From the NCBI RefSeq assembly GCF_964204645.1, contig NC_134033.1, forward strand, positions 1,880,131 through 1,944,130: 64,000 nucleotides of DNA, read 5' to 3'. This stretch comes from Tubulanus polymorphus. Lineage: Eukaryota > Animalia > Nemertea. The notes beneath the pieces were generated by a model, which saw only the letters and a program-made list of their open reading frames with translations, searched no databases and was not told the DNA's origin. Position numbers and translations under genes: made by a program. Every line of letters starts with the position of its first letter. Position 1 is the first letter of the stretch. Below, in pieces: positions 1 through 12,596 of this stretch.

Positions 1-133
1 TGTAACAAAGACTGGCAGATTCAAAATAAATTTAGTAGGTCCCTCACCAGTGACAGTGTCGTGACGACGTGTCTATCTTGCGCCGAAGTCAACTGGAGAC
101 TGGAGTGAGGTCCCCCTGTGCGTCCCTGTGTGA
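1..133 (+). pseudogene. Possible end of a Sushi/CCP-domain exon, frameshifted (gene runs off the window's left edge)
   Basis: Frame 1 reads CNKDWQIQNKFSRSLTSDSVVTTCLS. Frame 2 then reads TGDWSEVPLCVPV-stop, matching the CCP C-terminal C-x3-G-x-W-S-x2-P-x-C pattern. AATAAA at ~238. Confidence 0.35.
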
Positions 134-3100
134 GGATATGAAATATCATGAATTCTTGTCTTTTTACCCAATATCAAAATTCGTACATCTAAAATCATCG
201 TGGCTTTAACGTCTTTATCAATTGAGTTCGAACTGTAAATAAAGATTTAGCGATTGAATTGAGCCCGCTCCACAGTAAAAATTGCGCGATCAACACAATC
301 TCGACCGTCTAGTGCTGCCGCTACGTAAAAGGATAGCGTGGAAAACGTGAACTAACATAATACTCGCTTGCCAGAGCCTTCGAACGGCAGTAGTGGACGA
401 ACTAATTACCGATTTGCGGGCCGGATTCCGAGGAAAATTCTCAAATTCTGGAAACTGTTCTGAAACGTTTGAACCAAACAATTTTTCTATAAAAGAATGA
501 GCCTTAAAAGAGTAAACTTGAATCGGAATATTTCTAGTATGGTCGGTGAGAGAGCGACAGGTGTTTGTATGTTCCCTGATTATTTGCGCGCAATTAGAAT
601 ATATTGAAGAGAAAATATGTACATTTTGTCAATTCAGATGATAAATCATCATTCCAAAATGCAAATAAATAATCAATTCTGCATATAAATACTATATTGA
701 TTGATAAGTAAGTGAATTTAAGCTAAAAAGAAATATAAGAAATATGTTACCTAAAAATTAAGGCAATATCATACAAAATTCATAAAGTATTCATAGTATC
801 ATATTTAATCAGAATTAGACGACACACTGGTCCGTATTGTACGTAATAAGTAAATTAAAATTCCGGTGGTAAATATGCGCCACTATTTTAGTTCACAGAA
901 ATTCCGCTTTTGTAATTTCTAGGGGCAGCACTGTACGGAAAATATCTGACTCAGCCTCGCAATCTTACTGTGGCATGCGAGTAATAAAGATATTTTTTTT
1001 AGCCGAATTTCATTCAATGTTTAATACGATTCCATTGTATATGGATATTTCTACTCTCATTTAGGGTTTTTTGAAGGGGATCATCTTTTTAAAACGAACT
1101 TCAAACCATTTTTGATAGAACTCTTTTGTCAGCGGAATGTATTAGCATCCGGTAAAGCGATAGGCTCACATGCCAAAGGAAGAATTTCAAGCAAATTAAA
1201 TTTTATTCTCTAAAATAGTGCATTCAACAACCACTAAGACTGTAACCAGGAAAAAATGCTCTGAAACTATTAAAGAAACAATCTTCTATGAAAGAATTAG
1301 GCTTAAGAGTACATTTGAATCGGGGTATTTCTAGTATAGTCGGGGAGAGAGCGACAGGCGTTTTGACCCCAGTATCCAAGGTACTATAAAAGTCTTTTTT
1401 AGACGATCACGATTCTAAACCTGATCCAAAAACCGGTCATCAAGTGAGCACAGGCATTTATTGCTAACTATTTCATACATCTAACTATTTTTTCTAATCG
1501 TACGGAACCAACTGATCAGTATTTGCGTGTGTTGTGTTTGGTGTCATCGAGATGAACATTGAGTCTGTCGTCGGGTGGACCGAGGCCGAATGTATTGAAC
1601 AGGGCCGCGTAGAAAGCGATTGATGCCGGGATACTGTTCGTTTCGTCGGCTGGAAAATAACGAAGCTGACTCCCGTGATTTCTTACCGGCAAGTGCGGCG
1701 GTTAAATGGCACGAGCAAAGATAACTTCATCAAAAATACTCGGCTTGTTCACAATGCCGCTTCAAATTATGCCTTGAATGAGCCGAAACCTGCCGAACTG
1801 AGTGAGTCTGAGGAGATGAAAGAACTCTTTAACACAACGAACGGCAAAAAACCTCAGAGATTCTTTCTATTGTCCGCTAACCACGTCAGATAAGAAACGA
1901 TCTAGCCCTGGCAAGCGAGGAAAAGGTCCCGTTTTGCTATGGCAAACGAGACAAAATTTTACACACATGTTAAATATATACGGATACAGAAAAAGAACGA
2001 AAATGAATACCAACTTACCACTCAGTTTGATGACACGAATCCCTAGAATGTTCTATTTGGTGACGCTTAGACCTCAGGGCCGTAGGAGGAGCGGGGGAGT
2101 TTAGTCCTATCTTATTCCCATACGGAAAATCCCACATGTATTCATCTTGGTCAGTCAATATTATCCTGAATCTCTGCTAATTCAAACTGCACCACACGGT
2201 CCACACACGGTAGATATTCTCCCAAATCCCTTCGTGTCGTAAGGCAGTATATATAAGTTTAAGTTACCGTAAGAGGAGCGGGGAGTTTAGTGTATAGAAT
2301 GTATATAGGTTAATCGCGTCTGTCCCGGTCACGGTTCCATTGAGTCGTACGAGGCGGAATATGAAACTTCAATCTCCAAACGAATAGGCATGTTAATAAA
2401 CATAAAATTAATGTTGAATCATAATTTCATTGAAGTATTCACCATGTTAAGACAATTCCTTGATAGCTTTCATCTAGCAGATTTCCACCAGCACCACAGT
2501 GGTCAAGATGGCGAAAAGGGAATAAAATCTGGGCTATCCCGGGTTCGAATCCAATCTAGAACTCATGCCGATTCAGGGCCGGATATCCGATGTTCGAAGA
2601 CCCTAATCACTCCGCTTATGTTTAACTGTAACAGCTATCTTTTGTCCAAAATGGAAAACAAAAATCCAAAACCAAATCTAAGATTTATAATATACTGTTT
2701 TTTATTTAGTATCAAAATTTAGTATCAAAAGATTTTTGGTCGATTTTCTTCAGTTGTCAACCGTAAAATATGCGTCTTTTTTAACACTTGTTTACTTTAA
2801 AAATAGATGCTCACAATATTCGTCATCAAATGCGTACATTGTAAAAACCTTATCATCATCATCGCGATAATGATGCCAGATGAAACAAATCCGACATCAT
2901 AAACAATACAAAGAATTAAATTCTGCTTTTAACTTACCCCATCTTTTTTCTTGAGACCCAACATTAAATTGCAGATATCAATTTATAGCAGCCCGGAGCC
3001 TGCCTCCCTCGGCCTCGGTCATGCAGCCCCTCAGACACTCAATACATTGCCGATTTCCTTCTTCAAATTTTTGATCGTCAAGACTTCTCTCAAATAATTA

Positions 3101-3479
3101 GTTTGTAATCAAATAGACATCGTTAAAGATCAACTCGATGTTGGTTGAAATATTTTTTGTAACACTATTCATCAAGTCAGATATCACACTACTCGACTAA
3201 GCAAATCTTTAGTTCAGAGGAAATTCCAAAAGATGACAATCTGTGAATCTATGGGCGCTGTCTGGATAAACAGGGGTGCCCTAGGTCCAAACTCGTTTTA
3301 CTGCTGCTGAGTTGTCCTAGGTTCGAAACCGGTTTACTGCTGGAGGGAGGTCCTAGTTTTCCATAAAACAAACGATGAAATCTTATTTGTCCAGATGAAT
3401 CTTTTATTCAATTCCGATAACCACAATTGATTTCCTAATTTGCATAATTGATACATATATTAAAAATGTCAAGATTACA

Positions 3480-3770
3480 TCAGACTTGTTATTTAGATAA
3501 TACAGACCTATCTATAGATTATACATAAACATATCTTAGATTACAGACTTAATAACTACATTACATAGACTTGATTTGTAGATTACTAAGACATCTTAGA
3601 TTACAGACTTAATAACTATAGATTAAATTACATAGACTTGATATGTAGATTACTTAGACATCTTAGATTACATAGACTTGATATCTATAGATTAAATTAC
3701 ATAGACTTGATATGTAGATTAGATAGACATCTGTTATATTACATAGAATTTATATGTAGATTACATGTAT
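3480..3770. repeat. Degenerate AT-rich tandem repeat (TAGATTACATAGACTTGATA core)
   Basis: Core recurs repeatedly through the interval. Confidence 0.75.
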
Positions 3771-5095
3771 TTGATTTGCAGACAATAACCAGTAGGTCTA
3801 ACGCGCTGACAGGACGTCTCACCATGCTATCAGGTTCGAATCCTGAAATTCAGTGGCTCACACAGGACCCGGGCTTGAATCGAGAGTTAAGCCGGGTGTA
3901 GGTCGCAGTGAGTAACAAGCCGTCGCAAGACCGACCTATAGTGAGTTAACTCCTATTCAAACAGGGGCACGAATTTCAAACCCGAATTGTAGAACTGGTC
4001 CTGAATCGAGTGGCAAACGCGACTATGCTTACTAAGGCAATCTAACGGATCCACCACGTGGCTCTAGTAAAGTAGGATTTAAGAATCTGTTTAAAAAGCC
4101 TAAAAGCGATTTAAAGTTTATGTATCACTAAAACTCATCACATATTTTAACCGTCCAGAAACGCGCCGAGAATCACTCCAACAATTATTAACAAATTCAT
4201 CCTGTAGATGACAGCACTGTTACAATAGTTGAAATCGTCGCAGCAAAAAACATAGAAATTGTCTTCATTTTGTGTTACAGCGCCACTTTGCACCAATTTA
4301 CAATTCTCATCAGTTTTAAGCATACAGCCTCGAATGAAATAACTAGCTGATTTTTCTTTATCGGCTATCTTCTAAAAATAAGAAGACATACATTCAATTG
4401 ATGGCGCTGAGACTAGGAGCTACACACGTGATCTCCTAAAGTCTACACTTTATTGATAAATCGCTAAAAAAAAGTCTTCCTTACCTCATTTGAATCAGAG
4501 AAAAGAAAGAGACTCAATTCTAAATTAATTTCAACAATATGTTTCCATGCCTACCATTTGAAATCATGTTCAAATCATCTTAATTCATGGTTCGTTGGCA
4601 TGAGAATGCAGGAAAAACAATGTTAGATTTTGAGAAATGGCTGTTCTTTTCTCATTTCAACATGAGAAATGAAGACTTTTTGACAATCCTTCAATACTAG
4701 TGTAAGTCAATGGATATAGAAACAATGGTACATATTTAAGGGGTTGTGTTAAAAAGTATCACTGCTTAGAAATTAATCCCATTTCACGAGGATTGGTGCG
4801 GGTGAGTTTCTATTTAAAAACGTTGGTTACACTTTGGAAAGATAATATACTGTCTGTCACACCTGCTCTCCGTGCGACGTTTTGGTCCGTAATTTCGTTA
4901 ATAGTGAGTTTATCTGTACATATTATGCATCAATTTGTCCGGTAAGGAATTTGCATTCAGATATAAATCATGAATTGGCATAAATTTGTTTGCGTTTTCA
5001 TCTATCGGCGATCGTTTACCTAGCATACGCTCGCGTAATGCTGAAAACAACTTTTGCGGCCCGTAACGTGGCGCCACCTACTGTATTTTGTTAAG

Positions 5096-5331
5096 CTAAT
5101 GAATAGGTGATGACGTATCTTCGACTCCCGTAGCGCAGTGCATTACGAAGTTTTGAATAGACAAAACACTTACCACACAGGTATGACCAATGGGACATGC
5201 GGTGCCTTTTACGTTTGTCTTGTAGGACTCGAGCTTGGCGTTAACTAATTTCTCACCAGTCGAGGTACCTTCATATATAGTTTTTTTACACTCGTTCATC
5301 GACGAAGAGTCTTCGATTACAGAAATTCCAA
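5096..5331 (-). CDS. Exon 3 of secreted Ly6/uPAR-like protein (VGISVIEDSSSMNECKK...TACPIGHTCVV...MHCATGVEDTSSPIH-stop); 3' end uncertain, possibly truncated
   Basis: 76-bp intron, acceptor TTTTTGTTGTCAG|, phase matches ORF 5096..5341. Four further Cys. Confidence 0.6.
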
Positions 5332-5407
5332 CTGACAACAAAAAGTAGACGAATTTACTTTATCGATGTAGAAAGTTTTAATCTAAATTTCTATATCCTA
5401 AACTCAC

Positions 5408-5500
5408 CCTTTTTGGCGAAGGCATTCAGCGGACCGAATCCGGATGAAGAGCCATGATCGTACCAGCAGGATGCGCATGTCAGATTTGAAAGAGCTGTTC
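5408..5500 (-). CDS. Exon 2 of secreted Ly6/uPAR-like protein (TALSNLTCASCWYDHGSSSGFGPLNAFAKK)
   Basis: Strong acceptor TTTTTTCTTTTCAG| and donor AAGG|GTGAGT. 93 bp, phase 1-1, open. L-x-C-x2-C motif directly after the signal peptide. Confidence 0.75.
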
Positions 5501-5559
5501 CTGAAAAGAAAAAATTAAATCAGCGTCTCTAACACTGAATTGTGTATATATAATTTTCT

Positions 5560-6712
5560 TACCAGCTGCGCTACGAGGACGTGGACAAACCGTGCGCGAG
5601 TCCACCCCCGGTCGACTAGGAAAAAGAAAGGGCGAAAAGAAAATAACCGACCAACTGGATATTGCTGGCTGGAAACCGCTCGTGAAAATGCTTTCCGCAG
5701 CGGTTTCAAGCTATGCCACCGAAAAAAAAACACTCGCGAAAACGGTCAAACTGCGGTAGCGGTTTCCAGCTACCGGCAACAATTTCCAGTTATTGCATGC
5801 AATAGTCCACTAGAAACCGACAAACGCGTGCCGTTAAGCCGGGCGTACGTACACAACCACCAGCGATGATCGCCTCGCAAAGACCCACCGACCTCGAAGG
5901 GACGTGGACAGTACTAATCATACACATATGCCCTCAAAGATAGAACCGAATGCGCTCGACCAAAACGCCGTCAAACTCAACATAACGATGTCGGCAGAGG
6001 GTATGAAAAAGCTACGAAAGAATATACGGATATACGTTTGCGATCAGCCGAAACACCAAATCTTACCAAAACCTCTAGCATTGAACCCACTCGCAACGGA
6101 CTCAGGGCGAACAAAAATAGAATTGGGGCCGGCGCAGGAAAACCCTGTTAATGCTTATGCGCAGTAAAACGCTGTAAGCTAACCATTGCTATCGTGTGGC
6201 CTCTCATTATAACCTGGTTAAGCCAAACCACGGATACGCCACTAACCAATGTTTTCCTGCGCCCGCCCGTTTGACCAAAACGTTTAGTTGGGGAACATGA
6301 GCGTATCTCATCGCCCGATAGCGGCAAATTTATAAACCGCTCGTGTGGCCACTGACGGCGACGACGATTTCGTCGGCCGACTCGATCGCCCGGCGAAAAG
6401 CCCGTATCAAACATGTTTGATACTTTCGCTCGATTATTTACGCCGTCGGATCGGCCGCAAAATTCACTCGTCTGCCAGCACTCGGTGAATTCCGCCGAGC
6501 GATCCATTTATATCAACCAATAGGATGCATTGTTGATATCATGCGACTTGTTAACCCTCTCGCACTAAGTGGCGGTCGCTGACTTCGGTTCGCCAAATTT
6601 CGGTTTGATCGCTACGTGTGCTTCTCGTATCGGGCGTTAAATTCGTCGGCGAAATCGCTGGCGAATTTAATCGGCGCGCGATCGGGCGAAAAAATACCCT
6701 CGTGTGTCCTTT
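5560..6712. mobile_element. GC-rich non-autonomous DNA-transposon relics in intron 1 of the secreted-protein gene
   Basis: Imperfect inverted repeat at ~5653-5680 vs ~5758-5791. Perfect 20-bp palindrome GTATCAAACATGTTTGATAC at 6404-6423. Repeated CTCGTGTG(G/T)CC ends. Confidence 0.4.
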
Positions 6713-7060
6713 AGACCAGGGCCTCTCAGTTAGGTCTCAGGCATACTTAACAACGACGATACCCAGAACGGCAGGCTACAAATAACTTCGAAACTTGCCT
6801 TAAACTATACACAGGCCTATGTTAAAACAGGTCGATAGCGACATGGAACACGGGAAGGAGATCCACCCTCCTTACCGTAGTCATTTAAACAAACAGAAAA
6901 AACATCTGATATATATTATGATTTTTAGTCGATATATCAACGTAAGTTCGAACCACGATTTAAAATCTTTTCCGTAAATCTTTACTTTTCACACCAGTAA
7001 ACATCTAATCGACAGTCCCCCCCCCCGCCAGTTTTCAACAATCATTTACTGAGTAATTAC

Positions 7061-7121
7061 CTTGAGCCAACAACAGAATCTGTAAAACTGCCGCCACAAA
7101 CATAATCTGTAACTGATCCAT
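7061..7121 (-). CDS. Exon 1 (signal peptide MDQLQIMFVAAVLQILLLAQG) of a small secreted Cys-containing Ly6/uPAR-like protein
   Basis: ATG at 7121, hydrophobic stretch, phase-1 donor CAAG|GTAATT at 7060. Confidence 0.65.
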
Positions 7122-8056
7122 CCTGTTATCTTCAGTAGAGTCGTTTAGTATCAACTGTATAACTGCTGTCGTCTGTCTCCAGTAGAACTGCTGTCGTCTG
7201 TCTCCAGTAGAACTGCTGTCGTCCGTTCACACAGGGTTTGTGTCCCAGTCTTCCTAGTTTGTGCTGTTTTGTGGTCCTCGTCTCACCCCGGAAACTGCAC
7301 AAGCTTCCAAAACAATTTATGATATAGAAATCTATTGATATATTTTCGCAATGATTCATCAGTCCAATCAATGTATGCTTATCTATGATTAAAAATTCCT
7401 GAATCTGGACTCCCAAACATTTCATAATTGTAAAATAGAAATGCCCCCAACAATGACACTCATCGACTAGCTAGGAAATATTTAAATGACAAGTGTTAAA
7501 TGCATCAAGGGACGTAGATCGCGGGCCCAGGAAGAAGAATCTTAATTGAATTTATGAAATAGATATTTGTGTCCCCTCTTCCCGGTGTGTGCTGTTTTGT
7601 GGCCCTCGTCTCACCCCGGAAACTGCGCAGGCTTCACAAAGAATTCTAAATCTATAGAAATCGAGAATTGATTAGTTCAATCAATGAATTTATATCTGAA
7701 ATGAAACATTTCATTATTGTAAAATTCTTCCGACAAAATAGAAATAACCCCTATCAACTTCACTTTAGGACTAAGGAAATCATCTTAACTTCAATATCTT
7801 AACGAATACATTTCAAATATATGAAGTTGATATATCAGATATTCTACCATCATTAAAATGAATCTTAAACCTATTTGCAATAGACTTTCAACTAATTCAA
7901 TGTGTACGGTTTGCGGACTTAGCTAAGTCGAGAGTCAAATCACTGGTGCAAATTAATAGGAATTGGGAGCATTTTTACTTTATGTAGAATAAAAATATTT
8001 CAAACTGAATTTTTTTAAACAAATCTTTTTTGCAACCAAGTATGTGAAGTGTATAT

Positions 8057-8780
<724 letters not shown>

Positions 8781-9238
8781 TCCAGCGAGGCAAACTGTTT
8801 TTCTTACTTAAATTTAATTTCTAGTCATCAGGAATGATAAATAGAGGCTGCTTTAAACCACTGCTCGAGCGGATAAGATAATACTTCGAAAAGTTGCATG
8901 ATTCATGACACTGTCATATGTTTGAGCTGCTCGTTTTATCACCGGGATTCGCGAACACGCGACCCCGATATTGAAAACCATCAGAAAATGCAAATATTTG
9001 ACAAACAAGCGAGAATTTACCGACGAGTTCTTATATTCCCCCGGAGAATGGATAAGATACGGTATCGGTAATATACGACAAGACATCGCTTTTTACGTCC
9101 TTATGAATATAATCGGATTATAGCTAGCGGATATATTATAGCTCTCTGAACCGTGGAACCGAGCGGACCGCTGGAGTTCGTAATCATAATTTCTATCTAC
9201 GTGTACTTTTAATAGGCTTTATCGGGATATCTGCGATA

Positions 9239-10090
9239 CGGGATATCGACAAATTCAAGTTCTTAAATTACTCGTTTGATGGCGCTAGTCAGAACCGTGG
9301 TTAGAGCGAAATAAATAAAACTAAACCTAAAATTTGGACCTAAATCCGCCATGTTCTAGTTCATTTGCAATGAAAATCTCTCGCTTCAAGTTTTCAATGA
9401 GCGATATTTTACTTACTATATATCGTCACGCATAATCCTTTAAATATGATATCCTACCGCTACGTTGGATATGATAAAACCTCACTGCAAAGGCTAGAAA
9501 TCACTATAAATGTCCTAAAATTATCAAAAAAACATTTTGCAACTGCTGACGATGCAAAGACTGGTTGCCAGGTATCACATGGTGGCAGCACTTGACGGCC
9601 CAATTTGAATTGTTGGTTCGAGTCCTGGTAATTTTCATATTTTTATTATGAATCTACGAGTTTAGTTCTTCTAAAATCAATTTTATTTCATAATATTATT
9701 TTATATTTATCATTGTAGCCTGCAATAAATTAACCTTAAGAGTCTTGAACTCAACAACAAAGTGATGACACCCGGCACCAGTCATTACTTCCGTTAGCTG
9801 CTTCGAGCGTCATCGCTAAATTTGTTATTTTTGGTAGTTTTTTTTTGCATTTCTAGTAATCTTGAGCGTTCGAAGCGGGGTTTTATCGAATTCAACACAT
9901 TGTCAGGATATCATACTCAAAGGATTATACGTGCCATTGTATAGTAAGGAAAATATCGCTAACTAAAAACTTGAAGCGAGAGATTTTTATTGCAAATGAA
10001 CTAGAACATGGCGAATTTAGGTTCCAATTTCCGGTTCTGACTAGCGCCATCAAACGAGGATTTCAAGAACTTGAATTTGTCGATATCCCG
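9239..10090. mobile_element. MITE with long (~220-280 bp) imperfect terminal inverted repeats, TA-flanked (Tc1/mariner-like)
   Basis: TA|CGGGATATCGACAAATTCAAGTTCTT...AAGAACTTGAATTTGTCGATATCCCG|TA. The arms align well inward. The same terminus recurs at ~24398. Confidence 0.8.
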
Positions 10091-10587
10091 TATTGCGCTG
10101 AGTTGTTTTTGATGTTCGGTCATGAAATGATTGGATGCAATTTAGTGACGTTTACTCGTCGGAAATCCTCGAGTTCAGTAGTGAATGATGTTTTGACGCG
10201 AGAGGCTTCCCGTCTCTCGCGTGTAACGATCAAATGATTACTGTGGGTTATGAGACAGATCAATGCTCACAGTATGAAGCAAAACGATTCTTGATTTATC
10301 CTTTATTTTCATAACGTGCGACATACAAAAATACACACGATTCAAGCCATGACCCACATTAAACTGTTTTTACATTCAATTCTGACCACTGGCAGTCGAG
10401 CAACCGCTAGAGGCGCTAGTAGTAAAATATAAAGTTACTTTCTCCACGAGTACCATACGACATCTACAATCGCATACATAATGACGTCACAAAGAGAATT
10501 TATGATTACAACCATATTCTATCCAGTTAATATGATGATGTGAAAAATGACGTCATAGGGAGATTTATGGGTGCAGCCATCTTGTTC

Positions 10588-11664
10588 TCATTGGCTTCGC
10601 GCGGAGGTCACTGAGTTTACGTGCGACAATGCGAAACCTCTATTCGTCACTCCGTTCTCCGACCCGAGCGTGCCACCGATGCACCCTCTATCGGGTATTA
10701 ATTCAAACATGGCCGACCGGAACTTGGTGCCGCTGATGACGTACAACAGGAAGTTGACGGCGTTGTTAAAGTAGGACAACAAATACAAACTGTCGTAAAT
10801 CATGTTTTGCGTGTCGTCGTTCAGATGATTGACATCGCAAAGAACGTAGATCGCGAAAGGGATCGTAGTGATCAAAAACGACGTATTCACCACCAGCAAC
10901 ATAACCGTCATACTAGTCAACCTCGAGCGCCGACTAGCGGCTGATGCCGACACTCGGTGGCTGTTGTACTCGACACGCCGGTTAATCCGGCGCACGCGCA
11001 GTATGATCGACACGTTACAGAAACTGATAATCAACCACGTGACCGAATAGACGGAGAAATCGATGTAAACCCAGATATTTTCGACGAAGTTGACGTAATG
11101 CGGCGTCGCGTAGCACCACGGCTTCGGTTCGTCCTCCATGTCAACAATAGTGATCGTTACGAACGCGTGGCTGTTTAGGGCGAATAACGCCAACGCCAAA
11201 CAGCCGACCATAATCCCGGCGTGTTTTAGCGAGAACCATCGTTTCGCTTTAGACGGCTGATAAACGGAAACGAAACGCTCGATGGCGATCAGCGCTAGGA
11301 TGCTGGACGAAAATTGCAACGTGAAATACATGAATACGGTTCTCAGTTTACAGATGACAGCACTCTCTTCGTAGAGACTGAATCCGCTGATCGCTTTAAT
11401 CCAAACGGGAAACAATCCGATCAACAAAGCTCCGTTATCGGAAAACGCGAGCACGATCAGTAGCATGCCCGTTGTGGACCTTCTCAACGCTTTAATCGCT
11501 AACAGGATCAGCGTGCTGGCGCTGTTTCCAAATACTCCGAGAATCACGACGAAAATGGCCGCGTAACAGTTTAGAAACGATATATACGCCTCGACCGACG
11601 GTTCGCGAGTCGGTCCGGGTTTAAGTAGCGTGTTATTCGTGTAATTAGCTGCCATGGTGGCCAT
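10588..11664 (-). CDS. Class A (rhodopsin-like) 7TM GPCR, FMRFamide/peptide-receptor-like invertebrate family; CDS intronless
   Basis: Seven hydrophobic segments: TM1 GVFGN, TM2 LAFSD, TM3 CK...IAIERF, ECL2 Cys, TM6 FLITTIP, TM7 NNAVNFLLY, helix 8 SGTKFR. N-terminal sequons NYT and NNT. ATG at 11664; the second ATG at 11655 has a perfect GCCACCATGG context. AATAAA at ~10301-10306. Confidence 0.93.
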   Translation of the reverse strand: MATMAANYTNNTLLKPGPTREPSVEAYISFLNCYAAIFVVILGVFGNSASTLILLAIKALRRSTTGMLLIVLAFSDNGALLIGLFPVWIKAISGFSLYEESAVICKLRTVFMYFTLQFSSSILALIAIERFVSVYQPSKAKRWFSLKHAGIMVGCLALALFALNSHAFVTITIVDMEDEPKPWCYATPHYVNFVENIWVYIDFSVYSVTWLIISFCNVSIILRVRRINRRVEYNSHRVSASAASRRSRLTSMTVMLLVVNTSFLITTIPFAIYVLCDVNHLNDDTQNMIYDSLYLLSYFNNAVNFLLYVISGTKFRSAMFELIPDRGCIGGTLGSENGVTNRGFALSHVNSVTSARSQ

Positions 11665-12097
11665 CTTTAAAAATACAAAATCCGTTGAGCCGAAAATTGA
11701 CAATATCTATTCTTCAGTACGAATAGCTGCCATAGCGGCGATCTTTAAATCCGTATTATTTGTGCACCGTTGAATATCTCATTTGTAAACGCGAATAGCT
11801 GCCATAGCGGCGATCTTTAAATCCATTTCATTTGTGCACCGATGAATATTTCATCTGTTAACATGAATAACTACCATAGCGGCGATCTTTGAATCCGCAT
11901 TATTGGCCCATCACTGGATATATCTATTTTTAAGACGGATGACTGCCATAGCGGCGATCTTCAAATCCATATTATTTCTCCATCGATGAATATCTCATTT
12001 GTCAACATGAATAACTGCCATAGCGGCGATCTTTAAATCCGATTTTGTGCATCGCGGGAATATTTCTCAGCGCGTTTAACTGCCATAGCGGCCGTGT
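11645..12097 (-). promoter_or_regulatory. 72-bp tandem array of the GPCR start-codon region, forming six short uORFs
   Basis: Conserved core AAGATCGCCGCTATGG(C/T)AG, with ATGs at 11733, 11805, 11877, 11949, 12021 and 12086, each followed by a nearby stop. Confidence 0.8.
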
Positions 12098-12596
12098 TTA
12101 ATATCCTCCCGTAGATTTATGCGCCAATAGAGGATATTATTCGATATGTTTTCCGGTGACTGGCGCGAAAACTGTCGCTGACCGTCTAGCGATTAACTAC
12201 CGTAGTTGTTATACGCAATCCGGGAGAGGTTGTGACGATGTGCGCTGGATAATCGAGACGCCAGTTACCGCAAAACGAGCGGAGGAAATTGCGTCGTAAA
12301 TATGTAATTACGACTCGTCGGAATTAATAGCGCTTCGGTCGACGCGTTACGAATACCGCAAAATCAAAGCATAATGATAATTCATCTGCGCGATCGAAAT
12401 GTGCTTTTTTCCTGTAAAGTGGTTTTAGCCATTTAGTCGTCAATCGTCTCCTATCTTGTAGCTATCGTCTGTTCTGAAGCCCTAAATGTAATCAGTACCA
12501 CAATGGATCGTGTAGATATACATATAACATCATTAGTTCCGTGTTGTTTTAATGCGTTGATTTAAAATGATTAAATTGTTTTGTCGCTATTGCTGT

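Noticed and set aside
1540-1893. Possible Crypton-like transposon remnant (ELSESEEMKELFNTTNGKK)
   Set aside because: The resemblance is too short and degenerate to support without an HMM search.
2490-2565. Functional tRNA genes here and at 39334-39402
   Set aside because: A/B boxes are present but the acceptor and T stems do not pair properly; treated as SINE heads or pseudogenes.
7330-7362. CUGAUGA...GAAA on the minus strand
   Set aside because: No stem II pairing, so it is not a hammerhead.
11665-11703. TTG-initiated N-terminal extension of the GPCR in the ORF track
   Set aside because: This is a eukaryotic gene, and the ATGs at 11664 and 11655 have good context.
11645-12097. CRISPR-like reading of the 72-bp array; selenocysteine read-through of its TGAs
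   Set aside because: The intervening segments are homologous to each other, there are no cas genes and the context is eukaryotic. The proximal in-frame stop is TAG and no SECIS was identified.
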